A stretch of DNA of 64,000 bases from Candidatus Saccharimonadales bacterium (GTDB lineage Bacteria > Patescibacteriota > Saccharimonadia > Saccharimonadales > JBGSXW01), in contig JBGSXW010000005.1 of NCBI GenBank assembly GCA_041751215.1, positions 131,664 through 195,663 on the forward strand. Reading direction: 5' to 3'. The position numbers and the translations under genes were made by a program. Shown here in pieces: positions 35,696 through 44,563 of this stretch. Position 1 is the first letter of the stretch, and every line of letters starts with the position of its first letter. Below the pieces are notes generated by a model. That model was not told the DNA's origin and ran no database searches. It worked only from the letters and a program-made list of their open reading frames with translations.

Positions 35696-36128
35696 TCGAC
35701 CAACCAAGAAACAGCGCGAGCTTCTAACATTCATCGACAACTTTATTACTGGTCACGGCTACGGGCCTAGCTACCGCGAGATTATGTCGGGGCTAGGTTA
35801 CAAATCGGTTGCTACAGTTGCGCTGCATGTCGACGGATTAATTTCCAAAGGGCAACTGCGCAAAAAAACGCGTTCGGCGCGCTCGCTTGAAGTAGTCGAT
35901 TCTGCCAAGAGTGAGTTTAAAGCACCAAAAGTCAAAGACAGTGAAGAAAAATGGTTGGTTGCCCAAATCGAGCAACGCTTTAAGTCGCTTGAAACAGCGC
36001 CACAAGTTTCAAAATCGGCACTCGATGAACTGTACGTGCTAACCGGTGCGCTCAAAGTACTGGGCTTTGATTCCGCAGCCGAATCTTTTGCGGGCAGAAT
36101 CTCTAAATTAAAAAAACAAGTCTCTTAA
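35670..36128 (+). CDS. LexA-N-terminal-domain-like winged-helix DNA-binding protein lacking the S24 peptidase domain
   Basis: TKKQRELLTFIDNFITGHGYGPSYREIMSGLGYKSVATVALHVDGLISKGQLRK matches the LexA DNA-binding domain pattern. The C-terminal ~70 aa is helical, with no Ser/Lys peptidase motifs. Confidence 0.55.
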   Translation: MLRTRSVTDRPTKKQRELLTFIDNFITGHGYGPSYREIMSGLGYKSVATVALHVDGLISKGQLRKKTRSARSLEVVDSAKSEFKAPKVKDSEEKWLVAQIEQRFKSLETAPQVSKSALDELYVLTGALKVLGFDSAAESFAGRISKLKKQVS

Positions 36129-36133
36129 ACTAA

Positions 36134-37897
36134 CTAAATTTGCCAGACTCTAGGAGCCAAGTAAATTATTACTGCAATTGCTAAGACGGTCATGACTGAT
36201 CCGAGGCGCAGGTAGTCTGTAAAGCGGTAGCCACCCGGTCCGTAAACCATGGTATTGGTCTGGTAACCAACTGGTGTTAAGAATGACAAAGAAGCCGATA
36301 TGGCAACAATGATGGCGAAGGCCCGCGGGTCACTTCCGGCGGCGTTAGCTGTTGCAATAGCAATCGGGAACATAAGGGTGGCCGCGGCCGCGTTGGTGAT
36401 AAGTTCGGTTAAAACAATGGTTGCTAACATCACACCGAGCAGTAAGCCAATGTTTCCAAAGGCGTCAAACCAGCCTACGATTAAGTTGGCACTATCGCTA
36501 GCCAGCCCTGAGTTCCCAACGGCTGAGGCCAGGCCAAATGCAGCACCAATCATTATCAGTAGCTCAAAGTCGATGGCTCTCATGGCTTCGTTGGTGGACA
36601 TAATGTTAAATACAACCGTCATCAAGGCCCCTAATATCAGTGCGGCTTCTAGTGGGGCGCCGAGAAGGTGCATTCCGACTGTTGCAGCGGCGATAGCAGC
36701 CATAAGCAGGCCGTGGTGAGCGACGTTCTTAGGGTGTGATCCAATTTTATTAACCAGCAAAAAGTCACCACGATCAGTCCAGCGCTTTGCAAAATGATCG
36801 TCTGAAGCAAGAAGCAAACTGTCGCCGACACGCAACCGGACGCTTCCAGGCTTGGCATCTAGACGCTCGCCCGATCGATGCACAGATAAAACCGCAGCTT
36901 GGTACAGGCCTCTAAAGCCTAGCTGCCGAGGAGTCTTGCCGACTAGTGGAGATCGCTGACCAATTACGGCTTCGTAATAGGCAGTGTGTTCGTTGCTAAG
37001 CTTAAGAACGTGTTTGTGCTCGATTGGTAGTAGGTCACGGCGCTTAGTAAGATCGATGATGTCCTCGATGTTTCCGGCAAACTGCAGCACGTCACCGTTT
37101 TGAATAAGCGTACTCGGTTCGGCCGGTGAGATTACATCGCCGCTTACGCGCTCGATCGAGATCAAGAAAACACCCGATAAGTGTCTTAGCTTAGCTTCGC
37201 CAACTGTTTTGCCCGATAGCTTGTCGGTTGCCGCCATCTCAAGTACAAATTCGCGCAGTCGTTTTTCTGAGCTTTCAGAGGGGTCTTTGCGTTTTGGTAA
37301 CAGTTTTGGACCCAGAAGAACAATCGCGCTAACACCTACGATCGCCACCGGTAAGCCAATTTTAGTAATTTCAAAGAAGCCAATAGGCGAGTAGCCAGAT
37401 TGTTGTAATAGCCCAGAAACTACCAAGTTGGTAGAAGTTCCAATGACCGTAATTACGCCGCCAAAGATTGTGGCATAGGAAAGTGGAATAAGCAGCGAAG
37501 ATGCCGAGATGTTATGGCGCTCGCCCCACCGCGACAAAGGCGATATTAACATCGCTACAATTGGCGTGTTGTTCATAAAAGCCGACAGGGCGGCTACTGG
37601 AGTCAGTAAAGTAGCCAAAGCTCGCCTGGTGTGGTCGTTTTTGCCGAGCAGCTTCTCGGCTAGCCGGTCGGTGTTAACAGTTTTTTCAACGGCCTTAGCC
37701 AGTACAAACAAAGAAGCAATGCTAAAAAGAGTTGAGTTGCTGAATCCGGCAAATGCTTCTTCGGTTGATATTATGCCAAGGATTAGCATGGAGGTTGTAG
37801 CCAGCAAAAAAACCACAGACGGAGCTAGTAGGTTTTTCACTAACAAAGCAACAACTGCTACCAAGGTTAGTACTACTACTGATAACTCCCAGCTCAC
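36134..37897 (-). CDS. SLC13/DASS-family anion permease with two central TrkA-C (RCK_C) domains
   Basis: Polytopic N- and C-terminal halves flank two soluble ~70-aa segments (..KLSGKTVGEAKLRH..GDVLQFAG.. and ..SPLVGKTPRQLGFR..GDSLLLAS..). Confidence 0.65.
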   Translation of the reverse strand: MSWELSVVVLTLVAVVALLVKNLLAPSVVFLLATTSMLILGIISTEEAFAGFSNSTLFSIASLFVLAKAVEKTVNTDRLAEKLLGKNDHTRRALATLLTPVAALSAFMNNTPIVAMLISPLSRWGERHNISASSLLIPLSYATIFGGVITVIGTSTNLVVSGLLQQSGYSPIGFFEITKIGLPVAIVGVSAIVLLGPKLLPKRKDPSESSEKRLREFVLEMAATDKLSGKTVGEAKLRHLSGVFLISIERVSGDVISPAEPSTLIQNGDVLQFAGNIEDIIDLTKRRDLLPIEHKHVLKLSNEHTAYYEAVIGQRSPLVGKTPRQLGFRGLYQAAVLSVHRSGERLDAKPGSVRLRVGDSLLLASDDHFAKRWTDRGDFLLVNKIGSHPKNVAHHGLLMAAIAAATVGMHLLGAPLEAALILGALMTVVFNIMSTNEAMRAIDFELLIMIGAAFGLASAVGNSGLASDSANLIVGWFDAFGNIGLLLGVMLATIVLTELITNAAAATLMFPIAIATANAAGSDPRAFAIIVAISASLSFLTPVGYQTNTMVYGPGGYRFTDYLRLGSVMTVLAIAVIIYLAPRVWQI

Positions 37898-38460
37898 TTC
37901 TGAACGATTTCGATAATAATCATGATAAGAGCCATTGCGCCCATCACACCATTTTCGTAAAGCGTCAGCTTGCTCAGAGGTAGTTTGATCAGCGAGCCTA
38001 AGCAGGCACAGCGAATTTTAGCTCCTCGACCGAGTGTTTGTTTAACGCCAATGAGTCCGATCGTAGCAAAGACAAGGGTTGCGAAGTTGCGACCGATTGG
38101 CCACAAGCCAAAAATGTAAGAAATTCCTAAGAAGAGCTCGATAAACGGATAGATCCAGCCGTACCAGTTAAAGCGCTTTGCGACTAAGTCGTATTCTCGG
38201 AGTCCGTAAGCAACGTTTTCTATGTCAAAAAACTTAGCGGTAGCAAATACTAAGAAAGTAATACCCATAAAGTATTCAATCCAGCCAGAAATCGTAAAGT
38301 GCCCAAGCGTCAAAAGCGTGGTAAGGACAACTACGCCCGAGGCAAGTAAAGCAAATTTACGATACTCCCGAGCTTCGTCAACGTGCTCAGAGTGATCTGG
38401 TTCCTCATCAAAAGGAACTTCATTAAGTTCTGGTTCCATGGACACTATTTTAGCAGTCAA
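37894..38460 (-). CDS. MauE/DoxX-like membrane protein
   Basis: Four TM helices with a CACLGS motif resembling the MauE C-x-C-(F/L)-G motif. GTGA overlap with the permease gene. Confidence 0.4.
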   Translation of the reverse strand: MTAKIVSMEPELNEVPFDEEPDHSEHVDEAREYRKFALLASGVVVLTTLLTLGHFTISGWIEYFMGITFLVFATAKFFDIENVAYGLREYDLVAKRFNWYGWIYPFIELFLGISYIFGLWPIGRNFATLVFATIGLIGVKQTLGRGAKIRCACLGSLIKLPLSKLTLYENGVMGAMALIMIIIEIVQK

Positions 38461-38530
38461 TTAGTAATCTAACGAATTGAAAACCCCTCCTATTTTTAGG
38501 AGGGGTCTCTCTAGCTATTTGCTAAGGTTT

Positions 38531-39073
38531 TTAGTTGTTCTTAGCGTCATAGGCGAGCACCACCCAAAGCGGGCCAGTGATCAAGGCGTAAAGGCCTAGT
38601 ACCCAGACAAAGGCTAGTGTGCCTTCGACAGGATAGCGCCAGATTACAATACCAGCGAGCAGACCAAGAGATCCGGCTAGCGCTAGTAGTGCTTTGTGGC
38701 TGCTATCGAGCGAGCGATCAAACGCAACTACCAAGTCGATGACTCCGCGTACTATCAAGAATAGTGCCACAAAGACCACGAACGAGGCTAGGGCTAGTCC
38801 TGGACGCTGGAATAGGTAAACACCTACACCAAGCTCAAACAGACCAACTAACAGCTTGAGCCACCACATGTCGTCGCTGTCGCGAGCCATAACGCTCGAC
38901 ACCATGTCGAGTGTTCCACTAATCACCAAGAAAAGCGCAAAGAAAAAGCTAAGCGCAACCAAAGTGATTGCCGGCTGTGTAATTGCTACCAATCCAAATA
39001 GGATGCCAACAATACCTTTAATTAATAGTAGCCACCAATTCTGACTGTCTACAAGTACAGCAGATTTTGCCAT
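38531..39073 (-). CDS. HdeD/DUF308-like membrane protein
   Basis: Repeated short TM units (GIVGILFGLVAI..P, LFELGVGVYLF..P). Confidence 0.45.
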   Translation of the reverse strand: MAKSAVLVDSQNWWLLLIKGIVGILFGLVAITQPAITLVALSFFFALFLVISGTLDMVSSVMARDSDDMWWLKLLVGLFELGVGVYLFQRPGLALASFVVFVALFLIVRGVIDLVVAFDRSLDSSHKALLALAGSLGLLAGIVIWRYPVEGTLAFVWVLGLYALITGPLWVVLAYDAKNN

Positions 39074-39131
39074 GGATTCCCCTCCATTTATTGATACTCT
39101 TAGTAAACCACTTTAGTGACAGAATCACAAG

Positions 39132-39809
39132 TTATAGGGAGAAGTGTTCTTCCATGGTTTGGCCGCTACTGTAAAGCAGGTCAGAAAGGTCTTTACCGAC
39201 GTAGCGCAGGTGCCAAGGCTCGTAGTTATAGCCAGTAATTTTAGCCTTGTCCTCTAGGTAGCGGACAATAAATCCAAAGTCATGAGCGTTGCTGGCGACC
39301 CACTTACCGGCAGGAAGATCGCCAAAACAGGTTTCTAAAAAACACTTCCAGTCAGCCGGAGCTACGTCAACCGCCCAGCCAGTTTGATGCTCACTGGTGC
39401 CAGGTTTAGCGCTGACTTTGTTTGCCTCTTTAGCGCCGAGAGTCGTTACGTACGCCTGGTAGGTAGCGGATTGGGTCTTATATGACCTATAAGCGCTGCC
39501 AACCATTAGCTCATGCCCATCCCCAGATGCAGCTTCAAATAGATCTTCTAGGGCCGATGCTGCCTCTGAGCGAAGCTGCATGTTCGGGTTACTGGCGGGG
39601 TGGCGCAGCTTAACTTCTGGCGCTTGCAAATCAGAAGGGGAGTAGGACTTACTTATTGGCCGGTTCTTATTAACTACCACCCACATACTCTCTGGGTCAG
39701 AAATCGAGAACTGCGGCTCGGTGGGGCCTATCGCTTGTCTTTTGTCTAACCAATGATTGGCTCCGACCAAAATAAGTATCGCTAAAGCTGCCAATAAAAG
39801 TTTACTCAT
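39132..39809 (-). CDS. D-alanyl-D-alanine carboxypeptidase, peptidase M15B (VanY-like)
   Basis: GTSEHQTGWAVDV and EPWHLRYVG motifs, plus an N-terminal signal/anchor. Confidence 0.8.
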   Translation of the reverse strand: MSKLLLAALAILILVGANHWLDKRQAIGPTEPQFSISDPESMWVVVNKNRPISKSYSPSDLQAPEVKLRHPASNPNMQLRSEAASALEDLFEAASGDGHELMVGSAYRSYKTQSATYQAYVTTLGAKEANKVSAKPGTSEHQTGWAVDVAPADWKCFLETCFGDLPAGKWVASNAHDFGFIVRYLEDKAKITGYNYEPWHLRYVGKDLSDLLYSSGQTMEEHFSL

Positions 39810-39832
39810 TGCATTGATAGTATACTGTCGAG

Positions 39833-41866
39833 GTGGACTTAAACATAAGAACCATCTGGAAATCTTTACTCTTGCCGCTAGTTTTTATAAGCCTTGGCTT
39901 TGTGGCTGTAGCTCTGTTGCCGAGGCATTTTGTTGGCAACAATGAAAATTCGCCGAGTAGCTCCGATATAAAAAGCGGAGTAATTGTTCCCGCCGAGCAA
40001 GAATCGGTTCCGGAGCGCATTGTTATTGAAGGCTCAAAGCAGCAGCAAATTTTTACTTCGCCAACCTTTGAAACCGACTTCGATTTTAACGCGGTTGCCC
40101 CAGAGTGGACTCAGCAATATACGCCCACTGAAGGACTCGCTGAAGTAGCTTTTAGGGTGTCTTCTGATAACAAAAACTGGTCAGACTGGCTAGAAGTTCA
40201 CGCAGTGACAGAGCAAAGGGACGCGCTGTTAAACGGCAGCGAACAGGCTCGAGTTTTTGCCGAGGTGCCCTTTATTGTTGCCGGCAAGTATATTCAGTAC
40301 AAAGTTGAACTAAATCGATCTAAAAAACTAAAACAAACCCCAGTCGTTAGTGACATTAGGCTTAATTATTTAGATTCGTTAGAGAAACCGGAGTCGGTTT
40401 CTCTAATAGAGCAGATTTTACCAAGTGCTAGTGCCAAGCTGCAAGGCAAAGGGGTAATAAGTCGAGCGCAGTGGGGAAGCCCCGATCCGTATGGCGACAA
40501 GTTTAAGGGCAATAAGTCTAAGTTTTGGTCGCCACTTTACCACGACACCAAGCAGGTTTTTATTCATCACACCGTCAACTCAAATATTCAGGCAAATCCT
40601 AAACAGGTTGTGCGAGCGATCTGGCACTATCACGCCATCACACGAGGGTATGGTGACATCGGGTATAACTATCTGGTTGATAGCAGTGGCCTAGTTTACG
40701 AAGGACGCTTTGGCGGCGAAAACGTGCGCGCCGGGCATACACTTCATTACAACTCCGGGTCAATCGGAGTGGCTTTGCTTGGGTGCTTTGATAATTCATC
40801 GACTTGTAGCTACTTTAACGGAGGTGGAGTTGGCGGACCGACGCCGGCTGCTCTAAGCGGCTTAACAGATTTACTAGCCTGGAAGCTTAAATCGAATAAG
40901 ATGAGTCCGCGCGGTAAACATCGATTCTGCGGAGACCACGGTTGCTTGCGACTAAATCGCATTGCTGGTCATCGCCATGCATACGGGACAAGCTGCCCAG
41001 GGAGCTTACTGGTTAATCGCCTTGGGCTTATTCGAGATCAGGTGGCACGCAAAATTAAAAATCGTAACTTTCCTTATGCGGCTGAGCGGTTAAGTCACGG
41101 AGCATTATTTTTGGGTGGATCAAGCGAGACCAAAGACTTTACGCTGAAGTTTAGAAACACCGGCACACGTAATTGGTACCGCCGACCTGGCGGGGGGCGA
41201 GCCACCTTAGTAACTACTTATCCAGACGGGCGCAGTAGCCGATTTATTAATTCTGAATGGATTGGACCAAGGCGACCAGCAGCTCTTAACCAAGCCGTAG
41301 TTCGACCGGGTGAGATCGGCACCTTCACCCTCTCGATAAAGCGCGCTCGCTTGCTGCGCGGTGACTTTCTTGAGGGCTTTAAGATTCATATTCAAGACCG
41401 GGGTCCGATAGCTAATACTTACGTGTATAAGGTTTCGGCGCTGCCGTACTCTCAGCTTTACTCTTGGGATGTAAACAGCCTGAGTGTTTACACAGATGAG
41501 ACTAAAACCTCGCCCGTAAACACCGATGAACTAGTTCAAGGGGTGCCGTATTTTGTTAGCGCTTCACTTCGTAATAACGGCTGGGCTAGCTGGCTAAGAC
41601 AAACAAAGCTAAATCATGTACTACTCGCGACCACCGATCCTAAAAACCGTATCAGCAACCTTTGTCACGATAGCTGGATCAGCTGTAACCGAGTATCTGG
41701 GTTTACCGGCGACATTTCATCTGGATCTACTACGGCTTTGGAGTTTTGGATTCAGCCACAAGAATCCGGGGAATTCTCGGAGACCTTTACGCTGCTTGCA
41801 ACTGGCGTTTACTGGCTGCCCGAAGCCGAATTTACGCTAAACGGCGAAGTTGGACCACCTCCCTAA
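39833..41866 (+). CDS. N-acetylmuramoyl-L-alanine amidase (Amidase_2/PGRP fold) with C-terminal repeat domains
   Basis: IHHTVNSN, GYGDIGYNYLVDSSGLVYEGRFGG, HRHAYGTSCPG. The C-terminus carries two copies of the repeat family seen at 22006-23343 (FRNTGTRNW..., GEIGTFTLSI). GTG start. Confidence 0.8.
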   Translation: MDLNIRTIWKSLLLPLVFISLGFVAVALLPRHFVGNNENSPSSSDIKSGVIVPAEQESVPERIVIEGSKQQQIFTSPTFETDFDFNAVAPEWTQQYTPTEGLAEVAFRVSSDNKNWSDWLEVHAVTEQRDALLNGSEQARVFAEVPFIVAGKYIQYKVELNRSKKLKQTPVVSDIRLNYLDSLEKPESVSLIEQILPSASAKLQGKGVISRAQWGSPDPYGDKFKGNKSKFWSPLYHDTKQVFIHHTVNSNIQANPKQVVRAIWHYHAITRGYGDIGYNYLVDSSGLVYEGRFGGENVRAGHTLHYNSGSIGVALLGCFDNSSTCSYFNGGGVGGPTPAALSGLTDLLAWKLKSNKMSPRGKHRFCGDHGCLRLNRIAGHRHAYGTSCPGSLLVNRLGLIRDQVARKIKNRNFPYAAERLSHGALFLGGSSETKDFTLKFRNTGTRNWYRRPGGGRATLVTTYPDGRSSRFINSEWIGPRRPAALNQAVVRPGEIGTFTLSIKRARLLRGDFLEGFKIHIQDRGPIANTYVYKVSALPYSQLYSWDVNSLSVYTDETKTSPVNTDELVQGVPYFVSASLRNNGWASWLRQTKLNHVLLATTDPKNRISNLCHDSWISCNRVSGFTGDISSGSTTALEFWIQPQESGEFSETFTLLATGVYWLPEAEFTLNGEVGPPP

Positions 41867-41878
41867 TCACAGTTTTAG

Positions 41879-42490
41879 CTAGAACTTAACGCTTAGCTCA
41901 GCTTGATCGCTGTGTTTTGGCATACCCGAAGGGTTACTCTTTTCAATAAATAAGATGCCAGTTTGTGTGGTTGGCTGCTTGAATTTTAAGTTAGCACTGA
42001 ACTTGACCATGTCGCTGGTCATCCAGTCGCCCTCTAGGGCAGCTGGAGCTCGCCCTAAAATTTTGCCGTTGGCATCTTTTAATACAATCGGGAAGCTAGC
42101 CTCAAAAGACCACGAACCCGGTACTTTGCCAGTTATTTTAAGTGGACTCGTTACGACTGCTGAGCTAAGCGGTGCGGTAACAATTATCTCTACGCCTTTA
42201 GAAGAGGTTAGAGTCAAAGGACTTGGTTCTTCAGCAGGAGGTGATATGGGCTCATCAATTTCTTCAACAAAGTGTTGACCTTCCGGCGTGTAGCACTGGC
42301 GAGGATAGCTCTCAGCTACGGGGTAGCCCGCGTTCACGCAGTCTTCAAAGCTATTTATGGTTGAATCTTCGGGTGTTTCTGGGTCGGGGCGACTAATGGC
42401 CAGCCAAATTGTCGCACCAACCACTGCAAACATTGCAATTACAATTAATAGTTCGACAAGTCCGTAGCCGTGATTATTAAGCTTTTTCAT
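41879..42490 (-). CDS. type IV pilin-like protein (prepilin N-terminus) with C-terminal Ig-like (Gmad2-like) domain
   Basis: MKKLNNHG/YGLVELLIVIAMFAVVG has Glu at +5 after the putative cleavage Gly. The C-terminus has SPLKITGKVPGSWSFEASFPIVLKDANGKILG. Confidence 0.6.
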   Translation of the reverse strand: MKKLNNHGYGLVELLIVIAMFAVVGATIWLAISRPDPETPEDSTINSFEDCVNAGYPVAESYPRQCYTPEGQHFVEEIDEPISPPAEEPSPLTLTSSKGVEIIVTAPLSSAVVTSPLKITGKVPGSWSFEASFPIVLKDANGKILGRAPAALEGDWMTSDMVKFSANLKFKQPTTQTGILFIEKSNPSGMPKHSDQAELSVKF

Positions 42491-42528
42491 AACTAAATAG
42501 TAAGCCCACAGTCGATTGTAAGCAATGC

Positions 42529-42957
42529 CTACAGTTTGCGGCTATCGTAGCCCCAATGGAGCAGAGCTTGGCGCTGAACTCTTCGACAGCTGAGGTCGCC
42601 GGCCGTACAGTTGCGTTGTAACTGAGCGACGTGTCGCCGCATTGCTTTCCAGCGAGCAATTTGGCGCGCATCCTCATCCTTTAATCTTCGACCTTGAGCG
42701 TAGCGACAGTACCATTGAAACCAGCCTTTTGGGTCGATTGGATTAATCCAGCCCTTGGCTTGCCAAACTTGTAGTGGCTGGCTGGCTTTAACTTGAAAGA
42801 AGTTCAAGTCTTTGTCGTAACCGTGATCGCTTAACTTAGCCTTAGCAAGCCAGCTGCTGGGTATTTCTGTGTAGTCATTCTCAAAATAATTTCCGCCAAA
42901 AACGCCCAGTTCTAGCATCTGTTTTGGGGTTAAGTCAGGCTTGAATTCCGTTTCCAT
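42529..42957 (-). CDS. conserved hypothetical protein
   Basis: 142-aa ORF with a distinctive GWFQWYCRYAQGRR...ARQIARW segment. Family not recognised. Confidence 0.5.
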   Translation of the reverse strand: METEFKPDLTPKQMLELGVFGGNYFENDYTEIPSSWLAKAKLSDHGYDKDLNFFQVKASQPLQVWQAKGWINPIDPKGWFQWYCRYAQGRRLKDEDARQIARWKAMRRHVAQLQRNCTAGDLSCRRVQRQALLHWGYDSRKL

Positions 42958-43013
42958 AAACTAAGCATAACAAAAAGGCTCCCGAGGGAGCCTTTTACTA
43001 AGCGACAAAAAGC

Positions 43014-43199
43014 CTAAGCTTTGTTGTCCGTATCATCCTTGCTCGACTTCTTGTGGTCGTCATCGTCGTTTAGACCTTTGCGCAATTCACGCGCAGACTC
43101 GCCCAGGCTTTTTGAAAGCTTTGGCAAACGATTTGCTCCGAACAAAAGAAGCAAGATCAGTAAGATGACTAATAGTTCTGGAACACCTAAACCAAACAT
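43014..43199 (-). CDS. tatA: twin-arginine translocase subunit TatA/E
   Basis: MFGLGVPELLVILLILLLLFGANRLPKLSKSLGESARELRKG: canonical TM helix, FG hinge and amphipathic helix. Confidence 0.85.
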   Translation of the reverse strand: MFGLGVPELLVILLILLLLFGANRLPKLSKSLGESARELRKGLNDDDDHKKSSKDDTDNKA

Positions 43200-43299
43200 T
43201 TTATACTCCCTTTACTCATTAGATGATAACTAAAAACATCGATGCTAGCAACTAAAGTAAGCTTGCACTAAGCATTACAGAGCCAGCAATCGAGCAATA

Positions 43300-43491
43300 C
43301 TAGAAGTTCCGCTTTTTTACTCCGCCGTAAACGCTGGCTCCGTAGCCTGCGTCCTGCGCGATCTGCTTAGGCTTAGAATTGCCGAGTGTTTTAAGAAAGC
43401 CAGCTAGTCCGATCAATGATAATAGCGTTGCGCCGGCATACTGCAAAAACTCGCGCCGTGATAATTCTTCTTTTAAAATCTTTTCTAGCAT
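43300..43491 (-). CDS. 63-aa protein consisting essentially of a twin-arginine signal peptide plus ~25 residues
   Basis: SRREFLQ twin-arginine motif followed by the h-region YAGATLLSLIGLAGF. Encoded between tatC and tatA. Confidence 0.55.
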   Translation of the reverse strand: MLEKILKEELSRREFLQYAGATLLSLIGLAGFLKTLGNSKPKQIAQDAGYGASVYGGVKKRNF

Positions 43492-43546
43492 GTTTGTTCC
43501 CTATCTGTTACCAAGATTATATAACATCGAAGCATAACCGTAAATA

Positions 43547-44476
43547 CTAAATTCCCATTGCTAGTGGCTGAGAACGTCGCAGCTCTTTATATTCTCGTCT
43601 CTTTGCAGATTTGTTATTTTGCCAAACCACGCCGATCGAAGTCTGATATAACGCCACAATTGGAGCGGCCATGAGAGCCTGGTTAATTGGATCGGGTGTG
43701 GGTGTAATAATGGCTGCGGCTATAAAGCTTCCGAGTATTACCACTCGTTGTTTCTCCATGAGCTTAGATGGGGTTAGGGGAGTGACCTTATTAATGAAGA
43801 AGATTATTAGTGGCATCTGAAACAGTGCAGCAAAGCCAGCCACATAAATCATTACAAAGTTAAAGTATTCGTTGGCGGTAATAAGAGAGGTAACCGGTCC
43901 GGTTGAGAAGTTGTTTAAAAAGTGGAGAGCTGCTGGCAGGCTAACAAAGTAGGCGAATGACGCACCAAGTATGGCCAGGATGCTAGAAGTAATTAAGATT
44001 TGGCTGGTTCTATACTTAACGCTGTTGGGAATCGCCGGAGCAACGTACTTGAGTAGATTGTAAACCAAGAACGGTAGAGCCAGCATAAACCCAAAGAAGA
44101 TACAGGTCTTAATCAAGAACTCAAAACCACCAGCCGGACTGGTGTAGTAGAGCTGCTGCCCAAGGGGCTTGATCAAAATCTCTAGAATCTGATCGTGGTA
44201 CACGTAGCCAAGCGTTCCGCCTAAAAACAGAGCTATCAAAGACTTAAGGAGACGTCCCCGCAATTCCTGTAAGTGGTCGGCCACAGTCATTTTATGGTCA
44301 TGTCTTGGCTGATTGCGCTTTTTTATTGCCTTTGGAGTGATAGGGGTGGGGTCAGGTTGCCTTATGGTCGTTTTTGTAACGGTGTGATTTATCGGCACAG
44401 GCTTAATAGTGTCCACTCGCCGTCGACGCGGGGGAGAAATGTCGTGAATGACTCGTCTTGGTGTCTGATTCGTCAT
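43547..44476 (-). CDS. tatC: twin-arginine translocase subunit TatC
   Basis: HLQELRGRLLKSLIALFLG and six TM segments. The 62-aa basic/Pro-rich N-terminal extension may be real, or the start may be the ATG at 44290. Confidence 0.85.
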   Translation of the reverse strand: MTNQTPRRVIHDISPPRRRRVDTIKPVPINHTVTKTTIRQPDPTPITPKAIKKRNQPRHDHKMTVADHLQELRGRLLKSLIALFLGGTLGYVYHDQILEILIKPLGQQLYYTSPAGGFEFLIKTCIFFGFMLALPFLVYNLLKYVAPAIPNSVKYRTSQILITSSILAILGASFAYFVSLPAALHFLNNFSTGPVTSLITANEYFNFVMIYVAGFAALFQMPLIIFFINKVTPLTPSKLMEKQRVVILGSFIAAAIITPTPDPINQALMAAPIVALYQTSIGVVWQNNKSAKRREYKELRRSQPLAMGI

Positions 44477-44563
44477 GTTTATTTAACTCTCACTTGATGC
44501 AACATCACTTAAAGTATACACCTCTAGCATAAACGTTATGGAGATTAAGGTAAATGCTTAAGA

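Noticed and set aside
39813-39823. 11-mer ATTGATAGTAT shared by the VanY/amidase divergent spacer (39813-39823) and the fibre/LTD divergent spacer (50335-50345), considered as a common operator or extended -10 element
   Set aside because: A single shared 11-mer among a few kb of AT-rich intergenic DNA is within chance expectation; my rough estimate is several such pairs. Spacing to the downstream start codons differs greatly (10 nt vs 113 nt). It is not reportable without genome-wide enrichment.
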